Positions 14,621-28,259 are shown, counted from the first letter of the stretch. The stretch: 64,000 nucleotides of DNA from Antedon mediterranea (GCF_964355755.1 NC_092672.1:29146437-29210436); one strand, 5' to 3'. Notes: generated by a model from the sequence alone, not told the origin. Numbers and translations are program-made.

Positions 14621-15130
14621 AAAATTCAATGGGACTATAACGAAATTCAATGGGAATACAGCTATACAGTATATTGAAATGCAATGGGAATATATAATGA
14701 AATTCAATGGGAATATAATGAAATTCAATGGGAATATAACAAAATTCAATGGGAATATAACCAAATTCAATGGGAATATAACCAAATTCAATGGGAATAT
14801 AACCAAATTCAATGGGAATATAATGAAATTCAATGGGAATATAACGAAATTCAATGGGAATATAACGAAATTCAGTGGGAATATAACCAAATTCAATGGG
14901 AATATAATGAAATTCAATGGGAATATAATGAAATTCAATGGGAATATAATGAAATTCAATGGGAATATAACCAAATTCAATGGGAATATAACCAAATTCA
15001 ATGGGAATATAACCAAATTCTATGGGAATATAATGAAATTCAATGGGAATATAACAAAATTCAATGGGAATATAACAAAATTCAATGGGAATATAATGAA
15101 ATTCAAGGGGAATATAACGAAAATCAATGA
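14621..15130. repeat. 21-bp minisatellite (AAATTCAATGGGAATATAAYN), about 22 copies
   Basis: Directly visible. It explains the four overlapping repetitive ORFs here. Confidence 0.97.
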
Positions 15131-16132
15131 GAACAATGAAAATGCAATGGCTATACCAAAATTGAACTGCTACTTCACTGTACTGTAGGTGTGAATGGCA
15201 TGCAAAAAAGAGGTTCTGTATGATTAAACTGTTTAGTATACAGTACATACAGTAGGACATTGCACTGAGTGTAAACAGTAGTCTATATAATAAGGTCCAA
15301 CCTACAGTATACTGTAACCAATCTTTTGTGATGGTCAGGATGATGATATTACTCTTTGGCTATATCACTCATTATCTTGTTATCCTTATTTCTAAAGATA
15401 CACCCACTTCAAATACTGAATCACAAATATAAAAAAATCCCAAGGTTGTGGTATAAATAAACACTGCAGAATTAAAATATCAATTTTACAGTCTGAATTC
15501 AGTACAGTGCACATCAGGGATATGCAGTACAGCTGGAATGCATAGAATCTGTCCATTTCAAAATATTAGAGGTTTTGCAATCTTACTTACTTCTTATACT
15601 GTACCAGAAATGCTTTGGGATTTGTAATTTTAGCATGACATGTCCTAATATAGACTCTTTTCCCAGCCGTTTTTTGGGTCTACTGTAGCAGCTGGAATCA
15701 ATATTAAATTATAGTGGAGTTTCTATTTTCGCAAAACTGTCGTCCTTAGAACTATAACTGCTGCTTGCTTTAGCTTCTGATTGAGTAGTCCTAATGGGAC
15801 GTAGCAGGCTAGAGCAGCAGCGTGAATAAATGTATGGTAAATTTTGGAGGATCTAGTTTGTGAGTTTAACAAAGAATTTTAAACACAATTTTACATTGAA
15901 TTCAATTATTAATCTCTCTGAGGTCAAAGTCAAGGTTATTGTAATTGTTGAAATAATCAAAATGAACTACAGTACAGTAAAGTAATTTAATAATAAAAGT
16001 AATTTACTAATATAACTGCTTCGCTCAGGCTAAGGTCAAATTTGATTTCACAAAACTGGTAAAAGGTTGTTGATTTTTTTCAAACTCTCATTAGTAAAGC
16101 TAACACAATTTCCAACTAGTCACATGCACATA

Positions 16133-17002
16133 GGCCCCGTTTTTGCTGCCAATCCTAAATATACCGTATAAATATACCGTATATGAAATTCGTGCACCGT
16201 TTCCGCTGCACATACTTCGTGGGTGGGCTGTAAAGAAGTTGGCTTTCATTACCCAAAATGCATTTTGTGAGACGGAAGTATGGATTGACCTCAGGGAAAA
16301 ATTTCATTTTAAAATTTTGTTTAGCAATATTGCGAATCAAACTGATTTTTTAGTAGAGAATCATAGTTTTCTATCGTATTTTTTGCTACACAATTGTAGA
16401 AATGTGTAGCAAGAAGGTTGTTTTGTATAGCTTTTTGCTATGCTAGTACACTGGCGAAATTATTTCCTGGACCTACTGTAGAGTCTTGTGTAGTGAGGTT
16501 TATACCTGACAAAAACAAAACAATGATGGTTTCTCAAAACGTTGTTGCTATTGCTTTCTATTTTAAACCTAATGAGCAGAAGTGGCAACGAATTTACACC
16601 GCACATACAAGCACAATCTAGAATGTAGAATTGGCAAAAGAAGACGACGGCATTTGCCGATAACTTTGGCTGATGTTCTTCTCGGAACATCCAACTTCAT
16701 CGACGATGATGATGATGACAGGAGGGCTAGAAGAATTTTGTTTGAGATACTTATGTAAATCTCGGTATCTCTTCTGTTGCCATGCAGTCTCCCCCAACCT
16801 TCGCTTCTCCCCACAATTGAATTGCAAAAATAGTTATTTCTTCAGTCCACAGTGACATTTTGATCTGTTGCTTCCTTATACACGCGTGTGTCAATGCAGC
16901 AGAAAAACCCAAACAAACGCGTCACGCTCTGTTAGTTTTTGACCTCGTGTCATGGGCCGGGTCACATATACGGTATATTTTGAGTGCAGCAGAAACGGGG
17001 TA
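16133..17002. mobile_element. Harbinger-like MITE
   Basis: The left end GGCCCCGTTTTTGCTGC...AAATATACCGTATA is inverted at the right end (TATACGGTATATTTTGAGTGCAGCAGAAACGGGGT). Confidence 0.75.
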
Positions 17003-17097
17003 CGAAGTATACGGTATATTTTGGAACAATGCAAGTTTATAAAATGCAGCCTCATGTTGGTTTATTTTATTGTTTACTGTATACGATATTTTTTATG

Positions 17098-17141
17098 AGA
17101 CCCGTTTCTGCTGGTATAGTTTTGGTAGCAGAAACGGGGTC
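17098..17141. mobile_element. Minimal ~44-bp TIR-only element of the same family
   Basis: CCCGTTTCTGCT, a short spacer, then AGCAGAAACGGG. Confidence 0.65.
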
Positions 17142-18588
17142 ATAGTAAGCAACAGGAATCTTGTTTTAATTCACTTGAATGACGCAAAAAACATACATTG
17201 TCAGGAATGTACATTGCGGGCTCACTCACTCACATCACTGGGCTGGCTGCAGCGATGTTGTGAATTACTTTATTCAGAGTCAGGCCCAGGCCTAACAGTG
17301 CGACAAATGTTTGTTTTTTAAAAGGAAATTCATTTTCACCAGTATACAGTATCAAAATTGTTTTTTGCCAATAGACAAGTTTCGTAACGGGGGACGGGGG
17401 AGGGGGGGATGGATACAAATGAGAAAAAATATTAACTGTAAAATTTCTTAAAAGATTGGCCTACAGTACATCACTGTATGATTGAAAAAAATGTCCTGAA
17501 AAATTATTTATCTTTAACGCTCGGCTGGTCACGATTGTTTATCATCTCTGCAAGATGGCTTCCGTAGTATGAAAATGTTCTATTGACATTTCCAATGGCT
17601 AGCGTGAATGTACCGTAGAACTGTATTTAAATCATCATTATCATTAGTATAGTAAGCAAAGACCAAAAACTCACAGGCTGACGCGTCCTAGACAAGGCTG
17701 AAACATTCACATTCGCACTGCTGTGCTTTTGCACCTAAAATTCTGACCATTCATGATTCAGGATCGCTGGACAAGGCTTCATGATGGTAACTCACCGTCA
17801 CCTCCTCCGCTCCGTGCAGGTGTGATTGTGAACAAGAACAATTGAATGAATGTTTTAAATTGGATTTTTAAAAAAAGATCAAGAGATTGGGTTCATTAAA
17901 TTACAAACATAACAAAAGTGTACAGTAGGTGATATCTAGGCCTAGACTTGCTCCAAGTCTGTATTATTTATCTTTATTATGTCATTCCACACGTCATCGT
18001 TTTGATTTTTGTCTGAAAATACAAACTTGTGAAACACGTATAGAAATCAATTTGCAGACTGCAAACATCCAATAAGATGAGCGGGCGGTATGTAAATATG
18101 GATTTCGAACCAACCAATGATCATTTTGTTTAAAAATGAAAAGATCGAGTACGTACAGTGCTGAATGTACAATCGAGACTGAACTGTTGAAATATAAAAT
18201 CGTGCTGACAAATTGTTTTGTTTATTAATTGTCTAAGCCTCCTTCGTAGGTCAACTCAAATCGTACGTAGGCCTACAGTATGACCTGCCATAAAACGTCA
18301 ATAAAGTACATACCATGCCACCACCGGCACACAGAGAGAGCTACACCACCACACAGACAGGACAGGCTAGGAAGACAGGGTCTGGGTGGGAATTAAATAA
18401 TCTCCGCATAATAAATTCAATGTTTGATTTGCGGAGAAGCTAGCTTTTCATTATCAAGAAGAGTTTTCATGTTCTTGGAGAAAATACCATCATTCAAATG
18501 TTTACCAGACTACTACTAGGCATATAAAATCATTTCTAGCCTTCATAAACTTTCATCAATGTACAAAAGTAGAACATGTGTGTACGTC

Positions 18589-19254
18589 CCGGGGGGGGGG
18601 GGGGGGGGGGGGGTCACTCTTAAATATTTCCATACGGGGAGGTGCCGCATTTACGGGTATATTTTCGAGGGCCTGGTAGCACAAGTGTGGGAAAATATGA
18701 AGAGTTGGTAGCGCACAGGTGTGGGAAATGACAGGGTGAAATTAGTAGTTTAAGTCCCTAGCCCACCCGTGTCAAAATGTCACGATTTATCGCCAAATTT
18801 TGCAGGTATTTTAGCATACTGGATGCTATAAGCCCATCGCGGGGCCTATCGCTAAATACCTTTGAATAGGCCTAGAGTTGTTGCGCATCAGCAGAAGAAC
18901 ACGAAACATCCAGCCTAGGAAAAAATCATTCAACTGTGACCACTCTTGATCATCGTCGTCATGCACCCCCCGCGGCGGATGCGCGATAAACTTTCAAAAC
19001 ACGTTCGTGATTTTTCCATGAACGGTCTCTTTGGCCATGCGCAGATCATGCTGGGAACCAGTACAAATTTTGCGCCCTCTCTGGCGTGGCCTTGTTTCTG
19101 CCGTCTTTTTAGAGAACACTGGATTTTGGTAAAATGGTAGTTCAAGTCCGTAGTATTTTTCAGTAAAACAGGTAGCGCAAGTGCCTCATGTCTTGAAGTG
19201 GCTGCTGCACCTCCCCGTTTGGTTTTTATACAAGTGACCCCCCCCCCCACCCGG
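18589..19254. mobile_element. Non-autonomous DNA transposon with poly-G/poly-C TIRs and a 9-bp TSD (MULE-like?)
   Basis: CCGG(G)nTCACT...ACGGGGAGGTGC at the left and GCACCTCCCCGT...AGTGA(C)n..CCGG at the right. GTGTACGTC is duplicated at 18580-18588 and 19255-19263. It can also be read as CCCGGG ends with a 7-bp TSD. Confidence 0.85.
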
Positions 19255-19279
19255 GTGTACGTCTCCACGCATTGTCTAA

Positions 19280-19935
19280 ACGCATGCGCATCATCTTAGT
19301 TAGTTGTTCTGTCTTTGAAATTCTAAAATATGAATATTAAAACAGCGTACGAGTGAGTAGCCAATGCATGTGCGTGTTTCCCCAGACGGTACGGATTATC
19401 CAAACTCAAGTAACACACGTATGAAACGCCTATATGTGCAAAAATATGAATATTTTTACTAATTAAATTAGTAATAAAATAAGTAATATTAAGACAAAAT
19501 TAAGTACAGACTAGTATAGGCCTAGGTACAGTATATATAGGCCTAGTACTGACTGAACTGTGTGCATGATTGGATCGAGGTGCCTACACCACCACCAGAG
19601 CCGCACTGTTGGTTGTAGGCTTAGGCTAAGCCTACTCACAAAATCACTCAGTAGTCACTGTCTGGCTGCTGACTGGGATGTGCCTGCTGGGAGTGTAGGC
19701 CTACGCAAAAAGCTAAAACTTAATAAATAAGACAAAGAAAGAACACTTACACAAAAAATAGACGAACACAAACTTGCTTTAAAGGTATTTCCTACAATTA
19801 AGCGAAATTAGACTTAAAATATCAGTTTGTTTGAATTGTCTTTATAGTTAGGATCGCAAAATGTGTAGGCTACGTGTGTCTTCAGGCGTCGCGCTAAACT
19901 TTTCAATTAAGTTTCCGCAGGTTTCCGGAAGTATT
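19280..19935 (-). promoter_or_regulatory. Candidate promoter and non-coding first exon of a leftward (minus-strand) gene
   Basis: ETS-like TTCCGGAAGT (~19923), NRF1-like CGCATGCGCA (19281), a minus-strand splice donor GTAAGT at 19750, and clustered TAGGCCTA motifs. No downstream coding exon was identified. Confidence 0.4.
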
Positions 19936-20179
19936 TTTCTGCAGTGTTTTTATGTTTCAATAGAGGGGGCTATACTAATAATAATAATTTGGCATCTTCA
20001 CTCTATTATGAATATCAATAATCTAAATATACCATATTTTAAATCAAATAAATAAATAAGTTTCGCCCCCTCGAATTAACGTGATCACAAGACCCAATGG
20101 GGAGAAGATTCTAAATTCCTAATTAAACTATCCTCGCACGTGAAAATTAAATCTAAAAAACTAGGTTCCACTTCATATC

Positions 20180-20259
20180 TAATACCCCTTTCACACCAAA
20201 AGCAAAACTCCAGAGACACTCCGGAGACACCACGGAGTTTTGGTGTGAAAGGGGTATTA
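20180..20259. mobile_element. 80-bp palindromic mini-MITE
   Basis: Perfect 22-bp inverted repeat TAATACCCCTTTCACACCAAAA / TTTTGGTGTGAAAGGGGTATTA. Confidence 0.7.
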
Positions 20260-22734
20260 ATCTATACTCGTTACAATGCTGAAACCAAAATAAATCGTCG
20301 ATACTCACTTCTGAAACGGAAATGCCTTCTTTAAGAAAAATACCAGTGCCGCGCGGCGAATTCTATGAAATAAATAACTGAAAGTCCTTATCCAAAGATT
20401 AACAAAATCTACAACGGTGGATACATTCTTGGGCAACATTTCCGTTAACAGGATTTTCTAATTTGACTCGTGCAATTTTAACTCTTCTTTCTTATTAAGC
20501 ATCGAAGAATCACAATTGGTGACGTGTACATGCATCTAAAATTGGTAGGCGTAGGCCTACATGGAACTGAACACTTTTACTGAGTCGTGGCGAAAGCCTA
20601 TATTCTAAACTAGTCACTGGACCAAAGGAAACAGACAAACCCTTCCTCTATCAGTTTTTATTTTGATTATACTTTTTTTTTTTCTTCTCAGAATTAAATA
20701 AAATAAAATAAATAAAAAAGCCAATATTGATGAAATTCCTATCGTATTTAGGCCTATAACATTATTACGAGAAAAGGATGTATTTCTCTTTATCTTTTTG
20801 CCTCACCAGTGTTGAAGATTTGAACTATGGTGTTTAAACAATTAGGCCTATAACACTGGCAATATACAAGTAAATAAGACATGATTGTGATGTCATGTGA
20901 TTTATATTTAAACATTTTCTACGTGAGATACATAACCATCAGATAAGCCGTTGCAATATTTGTGTAGTACCTTTCAATTCGTTTTTATTACATATTTGTT
21001 ATTGTCATAATATAAGTAAATTGTACTGATACGCCTACTTTTGTAAATTCAACGTTTTTAGCCATGCGGCTACTTGTAAATATTATTTCATACCTGAATA
21101 AAATAAAATAAATTTTTTAAAAAATGATTTCATCGCCCAAAACGTGTCAATATTTGTTATAACGATAAAGATAGACCAGTTGATCATTATTTTGGTCGTT
21201 TATTGGCATAGGCCTAATTAACACTAACTTGGTGTGTTTATAAAATACAAATAAATATAATATTTAATATATATTATTCAAAAACACTACTAAATGTTAC
21301 TTTTTCAATGTGAATCAAATGTAGGCATATGGCATAGGCCTATCTTTTATTCTGATTCCAATTACAGGAATCTTATGTTATATAAAACAAATAATGAATG
21401 TTTATATTCGTGTAATGGTACAACAACTGCTGTTGGCTAAATGCCATATAACGGATTAGGTATAACAATTAGCCTACTTATGCTGTGGCGCAGCATCCCA
21501 AGAATCAAGATCAGGAAAATTGTCAATCAATTTCCATGGAAGAGTAAAATTACAATGTCAATCTTCCCTGATTTTTCAATGTGGTGAAAGCCTCCTACCA
21601 CCGTCTGAAATAGTGTTTTAGTCAAAACAAGATGTACACTCCCTCTATCGATTGTTCTTTTGATTCTTTCTGAAATGATTTAGTTGTTATCTTTCAATAA
21701 ACTTTAAACGGTCACTGCCATTGGATACAATTGTTTTTACTAGCAGATATCTTCATCTTTATAACGTAGTGAATGGTAATAATTATAGCAATAATAGAAA
21801 AAACATGAGTTAGCAGAAAAATATGAGAAAGTACAGAAAACATGGAGTGATGAGGAAGACAAAGAAGACAAAAACAAAAACAAAACAAAAAAAGCATAAT
21901 AGGCCTAACTGTAGTGGAAACGTAAAAACGTTGAAGGTAGATGCTAATGTTTATAGAACAGCACGTGCTATGCCACATTGACAGTACTAGTTTAGTATAA
22001 TTATAGATACATATTCCACATCTTTTGTGCTTTGCAGGTCTATCATGAAATTTATCTGAACTGGTGGCAAATCGGAACATGTTATTTTATTCCTCTTCAA
22101 CATCGAACCCGGAAACTTCTGCTTGATAAGCAGATGTCATAACCATGGATAGCGTCCAGGTGGTAGTTGCATGCATTGTATATATTACAAACCGTTGAAA
22201 TTATATTGCAACAACAACAATTTACAGGAGTAATAATCAAACCTTTGTAACAAAAGCTGTTTTTTTAATAATAATAATATTTATTCAATGCAAACAGTTG
22301 ACATAAATGAACGATTACCGGTGAGACTATTCTTATCTTGGTAGATCAAACAAATAAGATTTTCTAAGATAACAAACGTTATCGTTGTTTTCAGAATATA
22401 GACCTGGTAATTCAATTTTTATTCATGGACAAACACAGTCAAATATACACATGGTTTGAAATTATTTTTTTTTGTTCAAAGTTAAAAATTCACATAAAAA
22501 TATCATATATAAAAAAATATATATATCATCATTTAAAATACAGATGAAATAATACATAGTTTAAAATATAAAAAACAAGCAAGATTGGTGTATGAAGAGG
22601 GATAGCATAAAATGATCAACGTTTCCAATGTTCATTGAATTGCCTCGTTGCAGTAGGGAGAAACGAGTTTCTCATCCTATTGCTTTTCCATCTTGGGTAC
22701 ATTTAAACGCTCTGACAATTAAATTATGACAATT

Positions 22735-24720
22735 ATGAAGAAAACAAAGAAAAAACAATAAATACCTTATGGATAAGAAAGTATTCTCAGTCAAACAAGC
22801 AAGTCAAATATTATAACAAACGGTGTAGATTAGAGAGAGACGTGTTTTAAACAATTTACAATTGATTGAGTATAATTCCATAATATTAATAAATGATAAC
22901 GTTCTATAGTGATTTATAGAAATAATAGATTAAAATACCTTGTGTATATATAATCATTCAAAAATGTGTCAAAAGTGTTTCTGAAATTGCTTATAAATGA
23001 GTATTTACAGTTTAAATCATGTTATTCCCTTCTACAGCAAAAAAAACCCCTTTAAATTACAATTTTTCAAAGTAAACATTTTTTTCGATCCAATTTTTGG
23101 TCAAAGTGAAAACTATAATGCGACATTAGGAAAATGGCTTATTCAACCCAAACAATTCAAGAGGAAGGCGTACAGTATGCACATCGCAACATGGTTATTC
23201 TTGTAAAACATCATTGTCAACTCTAACTCTAACAAATTACTTGTACTCTGGTTGTTCTATGTTTGGAACGACATATGGCTTTTACAAAGAATTCTCTGAA
23301 ATGAGGGCTAGTAGCCGCGTATACGAAGGGATTAATCATGGAATTTGACCAGAGTAGGTAAGTGAGGAATTTCCGGTTCCACCAGCCGCAAGAAGTGTAT
23401 ACAATTAGGGCAATGTTGAACGGCAGCCAACAAAATGCAGAAAGCCGACACAAGAGTTACTAACGTGATGAACGACTTGCGATGGATAAATGGTTGAGAA
23501 GTTGTGCTGGTATTTGGAAGATTTAGGTGGTGAGACCTAGACTTGCTTGTGGAAACTGAGTCAAGGCCTATTTGTTGATTCGCGGATCTAACAGTGCGTA
23601 CGCGTTTAAGGATATTCATATATACCAATGCGTTTAAATAGATCAAACATATCAATGGTATGATAAACGTTATTAATGCATATATAATATTAGAGGCATA
23701 ATCAGATGTTCCGTAAGTGCACATATAGGCATCTGTCTGTGTCTGGAGTTCTTGGCAGCCAATATTATTGTCAACCCATAAAGCTAAATCCACAGCAAAT
23801 ATCAAGCAAAAAAGTATCCATCCAATAGTAGACATGACAGCTGTTCTACGATGTGTTTGGAAACGTTTATACTCTGCACCCTTTTTCAACACCCAATATC
23901 GATCTAAACTGATCAACAGAATCATCCAAACTGATTGTTGAGAAGCTATAAAGTCAATACATTTCCAAATTTTACAAACAAATTTTCCAAGAGGCCAGTG
24001 TCCATGATACATATAGACGTTGTACATAGGCAGCGAAACACATCCAACAAGAAGATCAGCGACGCTTAAGTTGAGGATCAATATGCTGGACGGTTTGGAG
24101 TTTATTTTATTTTCTACCAACCAAGAAACAATCACAATAATGTTACCACAAACTGTTATGATCACCATAAGCCATGCGAATATGTCTCCGATAGAAAAGT
24201 TCAAACTGTATTCTTTATTTGTTAATTGCGATGTGGTTGAGAGTAAAACTGTCAGCAAAGTATTGTTTAACGTTTCATTCTCCATTGCTGATTCTTTGTC
24301 TCGTAGGTTGTGTATTTGTGTACAACTGTCAGTGCGATCTCTGCCACGAAAGGAGTGGTAAACCCAAACAAGATACCTTTTTATACGAGAGTTGTAATGA
24401 AGGAAACTTACAGGTGAGCAGACTCATTGGCTGTTCAACGTCATGTGATTGTTTGTAATTGCCATATACCGTCTCATCCGATAGTAATTTATTAATGTAT
24501 ACGTCAACTTCTTGCATCGAACAACATTATTTTGTAAAAACCCAACTGGATCGTTATGTGTAACTTCATTGTATAATTGTAGAGTTGTAATGAAGAAAAT
24601 TTACAGGTACTGTAAGTAGACTCATTGACTGTTACAATCTTTGGTTCAAGTCATGTGATTGTTTGTAATCACCATATACATTCTCATCCGATAATAATTT
24701 AAAACTGGATAGTTATGTTT
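22735..24720 (-). repeat. Left arm of a ~2-kb inverted segmental duplication (partner 28260-30434)
   Basis: The 3' flank, CDS and upstream region all match the right arm in reverse complement. Confidence 0.92.
23229..24285 (-). pseudogene. Histamine H3/H4-like aminergic GPCR, copy A, with one +1 frameshift in TM6 (pseudogene or assembly error)
   Basis: GN (TM1), LSVADLLVG (TM2), WPLG, D3.32 (IDF) and DRY lie in ORF 23332-24285. CWLPF and LLWSNSMINPFVY lie in the shifted frame. There is one extra base in the A4 run at 23432-23435 (three in copy B); removing it gives a 351-aa 7TM protein. Confidence 0.85.
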
Positions 24721-25031
24721 ATCGTCATGTCGGAAAAGCATGTCCACCGATATGGTGTATTGTAAATGCCAAAATTGGACCTTATACATAAAACAAAACA
24801 AACTATTTTTTTTCTCGTTCTAAATTGCCTAAGAAATAATACACCTGAAGAGCTAGACTATAGTGATTTATGTGTGTGTGGGGAGGGGGGGGGGGGTGGC
24901 GGTGTGGGTGTGTGTGTGATTATGATTATTATTAGTGATCAGATCATACTTTATTGAGTGTAATGAGAGAGTGAATTTCCATTTTTATGGACAAATAAAA
25001 TTTCTTGAATCTTGATTCTTGAATCTTGATA

Positions 25032-26434
25032 TCTATATTATAAGTGAGAGAGTTTGTCTGTCTGTCTGTTTGTCTGTCTGTTTGTTTGTTTGTTTGTTCG
25101 TTATACAAATTTTTGTTACTGCACGTAATGTTACATATGGGGTATCAAAATGACCGCAATTGTACCGGGAATGTTCTAAGCTATATTTCAACATCATCCA
25201 CCACCTAGGATCCAAGTTAGGGACCAAAATGTGGTCAAAACCCCCACTTGTTCGTTATACAAATTTCTGTTTCTGCACGTAACCATACGTATGGGGTATC
25301 AAAATGATGGCAATTGTACCCGGAAGGTTTTAAACTACAATATTTAAAAAAATTCCCCCGACTCCTCGGGTTTTTGTGGGAGGGGTGGGTGGTGTGGTGG
25401 TTTGTGATGTCACATTTTTGCTAGGGCTCGGGGTTGTAGGCTATCGAATTGTAAAATATATACTACAAAGGTTTTACAGTATTTGAATTATCCTCAGCAA
25501 GGCGTTTGGGGAAATATAGATATAGATATACATATTTTATTCATTAACCAATATGACACCTATTCAATTACACATTTAGCAAAGTACTTTAACCATATCC
25601 AGCTATGTATCGGTCTCTTGGATTGTCTCATTACAGACATCCATACCTGTGTGAACATACACATGATGTTTACTGTTACTACTGTGTTCAACTACTGCCT
25701 TCAAGGAAAAAACTTGGGGTTGGGAGTTGTGGTTCAGGGGATAGTAGGGGTTTTGCTTAGACCAGAATTGTGTTTGGAAAATGTTAAAGTATTTAATTAT
25801 TCCTGGGAGTTTGGGTTGGGGATGTAGGCCTATCACCATGACCGAAACTGTATTTGGAATGTTTTAAACTACATTTGAAAATGCCACTGACGGATTATGG
25901 GTTGGGAGTGATAATAACATAATTTGTACTGGAACCGTCTTCAACACATCACCCAGTGTATCTGGAGTGTGTTTGTAGGGGGAGGTGGAAGAGCGAAAAT
26001 ACTGGCGTAATGAAGTAGCCTATATGCTTGGAATTGTACTAGGAAAAGTTACTATATTTGAACTGTCTAGGGGAGGAGTTAAGGTTTGTTGATTGTGGCT
26101 GGGGTGGTGGTGAGAGGAGAAAGAAGGCTGGGGGCCCGCAGTATCTAAATTAGATATTTTAATTATCAGCCAATATGACACCTATTCATTTACACAATTT
26201 ACAACGTACTTCAACCATTATTAGACCCATCATAGCTATGTATACTCCTCTCAATTTGAAGCTTACGTTGAATTGAATCTGTCCATCACTGGGAAGAATT
26301 TGTTTTTAAAAAAGAGTATGGGGTGGTATTGAAGAAGGGTGGAGGTTGGTGAGTAAAGACAGATACTGACTTCGGGTGTTGAGAAGGCTTTAAACTAATT
26401 TTGAAACCCGCCCTGGGGCGGGTATAATTGCTAG
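25032..26434 (+). mobile_element. Non-autonomous Helitron
   Basis: Begins A|TCTATATTATAA, followed by a (TGTC/TGTT)n microsatellite. Ends with a GC hairpin ACCCGCCC-TG-GGGCGGGT (26406-26423) then CTAG|T. No TSD; inserted between A and T. Confidence 0.9.
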
Positions 26435-28259
26435 TAGTTAATAAGTCCTGTGTCCGCAACTCATTCCACAGTGTACGTGTATTATAAGTCTGACATTATA
26501 AGAATGTAGAATATAGATAGTACATTGGCATGTACCTACTTGCTGCACATGTATGGGTTTCATTTTATAGTGATATTATGCCATTTTTAATCTATATGCT
26601 TATGTAGCCCCATATTATTATAATTTTCATGTTTAGCAAATGAATGGATTGGTCAAGCAGCATACTTTCGGTATTAACTGTTCGTTTGAATTAATAGCAT
26701 AGTAAGGTATATAATTGCTTGACATAATTATACAGATCTTTAGAATCAATGAACAGACATTATGCGTGATAAATATATTCAATTTAATATAATTGATCAT
26801 TTAAATGAAAACCGAATTACTCGATTTCTAATGACGCAAATCATAACACTCAATAACTAAACTCTGCAATGTATGATCTAATCACTAATGAATGAATAGA
26901 ATCACACTCAAACGTACCCACGCACCCACATCAAAATTAGCATTTACCAAGTTTTTTGGCAAAACGAACTTACTGAAAATGTATAGTTCAATCAAATAAA
27001 AAAAACAAAACTATATCGTGTATGATGTATACATATCTACATCCTTGTACTCTTGAATAAACTTATATAATATAAGTAACTTATTCATATTATACAAATT
27101 TAAATCATTTGTTCATTTAATTGGTCAATGTCCTTTCGATAACAATATACAAGTTAAGTTACAAGATCACACAAGCAATATAATAATTTGTGTCAATCAT
27201 TGTATCTGTGACAGCGTTAAGTCTGCCCTTTTTGACAATGATTTTAACACCTTATTTAACCATTTTAATCTGTTGATTCATGTGAATCTTCATTCTGATG
27301 TTTTTTATTGTACAGTTTTTATATGTTTCTCCTAAGGGAGGTGAATACATTTGAATTGAATTGAATTGAATATTTCAACTATTAACTGCACTCGTTATTA
27401 TATTATACATCCTATTTTGAGCTTTTAAGCTCAATTTCTATGTTCGTTCATAATTGTATTGTCTTGTTTTATTGTATTTATGTTTTTTTATCGAAATAAA
27501 TAAAGATTGAATTGAATTGAATTGCTAGAAAGGTTAAAAATGTAAATTAGATTAATAAAACATTAAAGATGTATTGTCCCTTTGACTAATTCCAAAAAAT
27601 TAAAAAATAAAAAAATTCGAAAAAAGGTGGGTCATTTTGAAGTGTCATATTAGTTATTTACTATCACCAAAAATTGGTCCAAAAAAAAATCATTTAACTG
27701 AAATACAGACGTTCCTTACGATCTGTTTGAAAATACCTTCTCAACCGTGACGAGTTGTAAACAATCCTAATTAGCATCTTGGCATTTACAATATACAATG
27801 ATATCTATCAAATCTGGTTAAACAAAATAATTTAAAATATAACTTTAGACATAATGATACAAACCTCTACGTTCCGAAACCTCGAACTGAGTATAAAAAG
27901 CGTAGTATTTCTTATAGGGGGGTTATAACCTGGAATAAACATAATATTGATACCAACAAGATGGCACAATCAATTAATATTACTTTGATATGGCCAATTT
28001 AAATTTAGAATATTTTGACCTTCATTTTTGTGTGTTTCAAGGGACAATACATCTTTAAACAGGAAGCCTAATGTATTATTTTATAAATTCTTTCTTTTAA
28101 TGTTTTTCTATAAATGTGTATACACTGTATTATTTGTATATATTATATATTGCATTAGCTATCATGAACTTGTAGAAGAACACCTTTATTTTATGGTAAA
28201 CGAGTTTTATATTTTGTACTATTGTGTTTTATAATTTCGTGAATAAATAAGATTTTGAT

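Noticed and set aside
14537-15260. Four long repetitive ORFs (KFNGNIT, IQWEYNE, YIPIEF, IFPLNF repeats)
   Set aside because: They are by-products of a 21-bp minisatellite that is open in several frames on both strands. There is no unique coding context or splice support.
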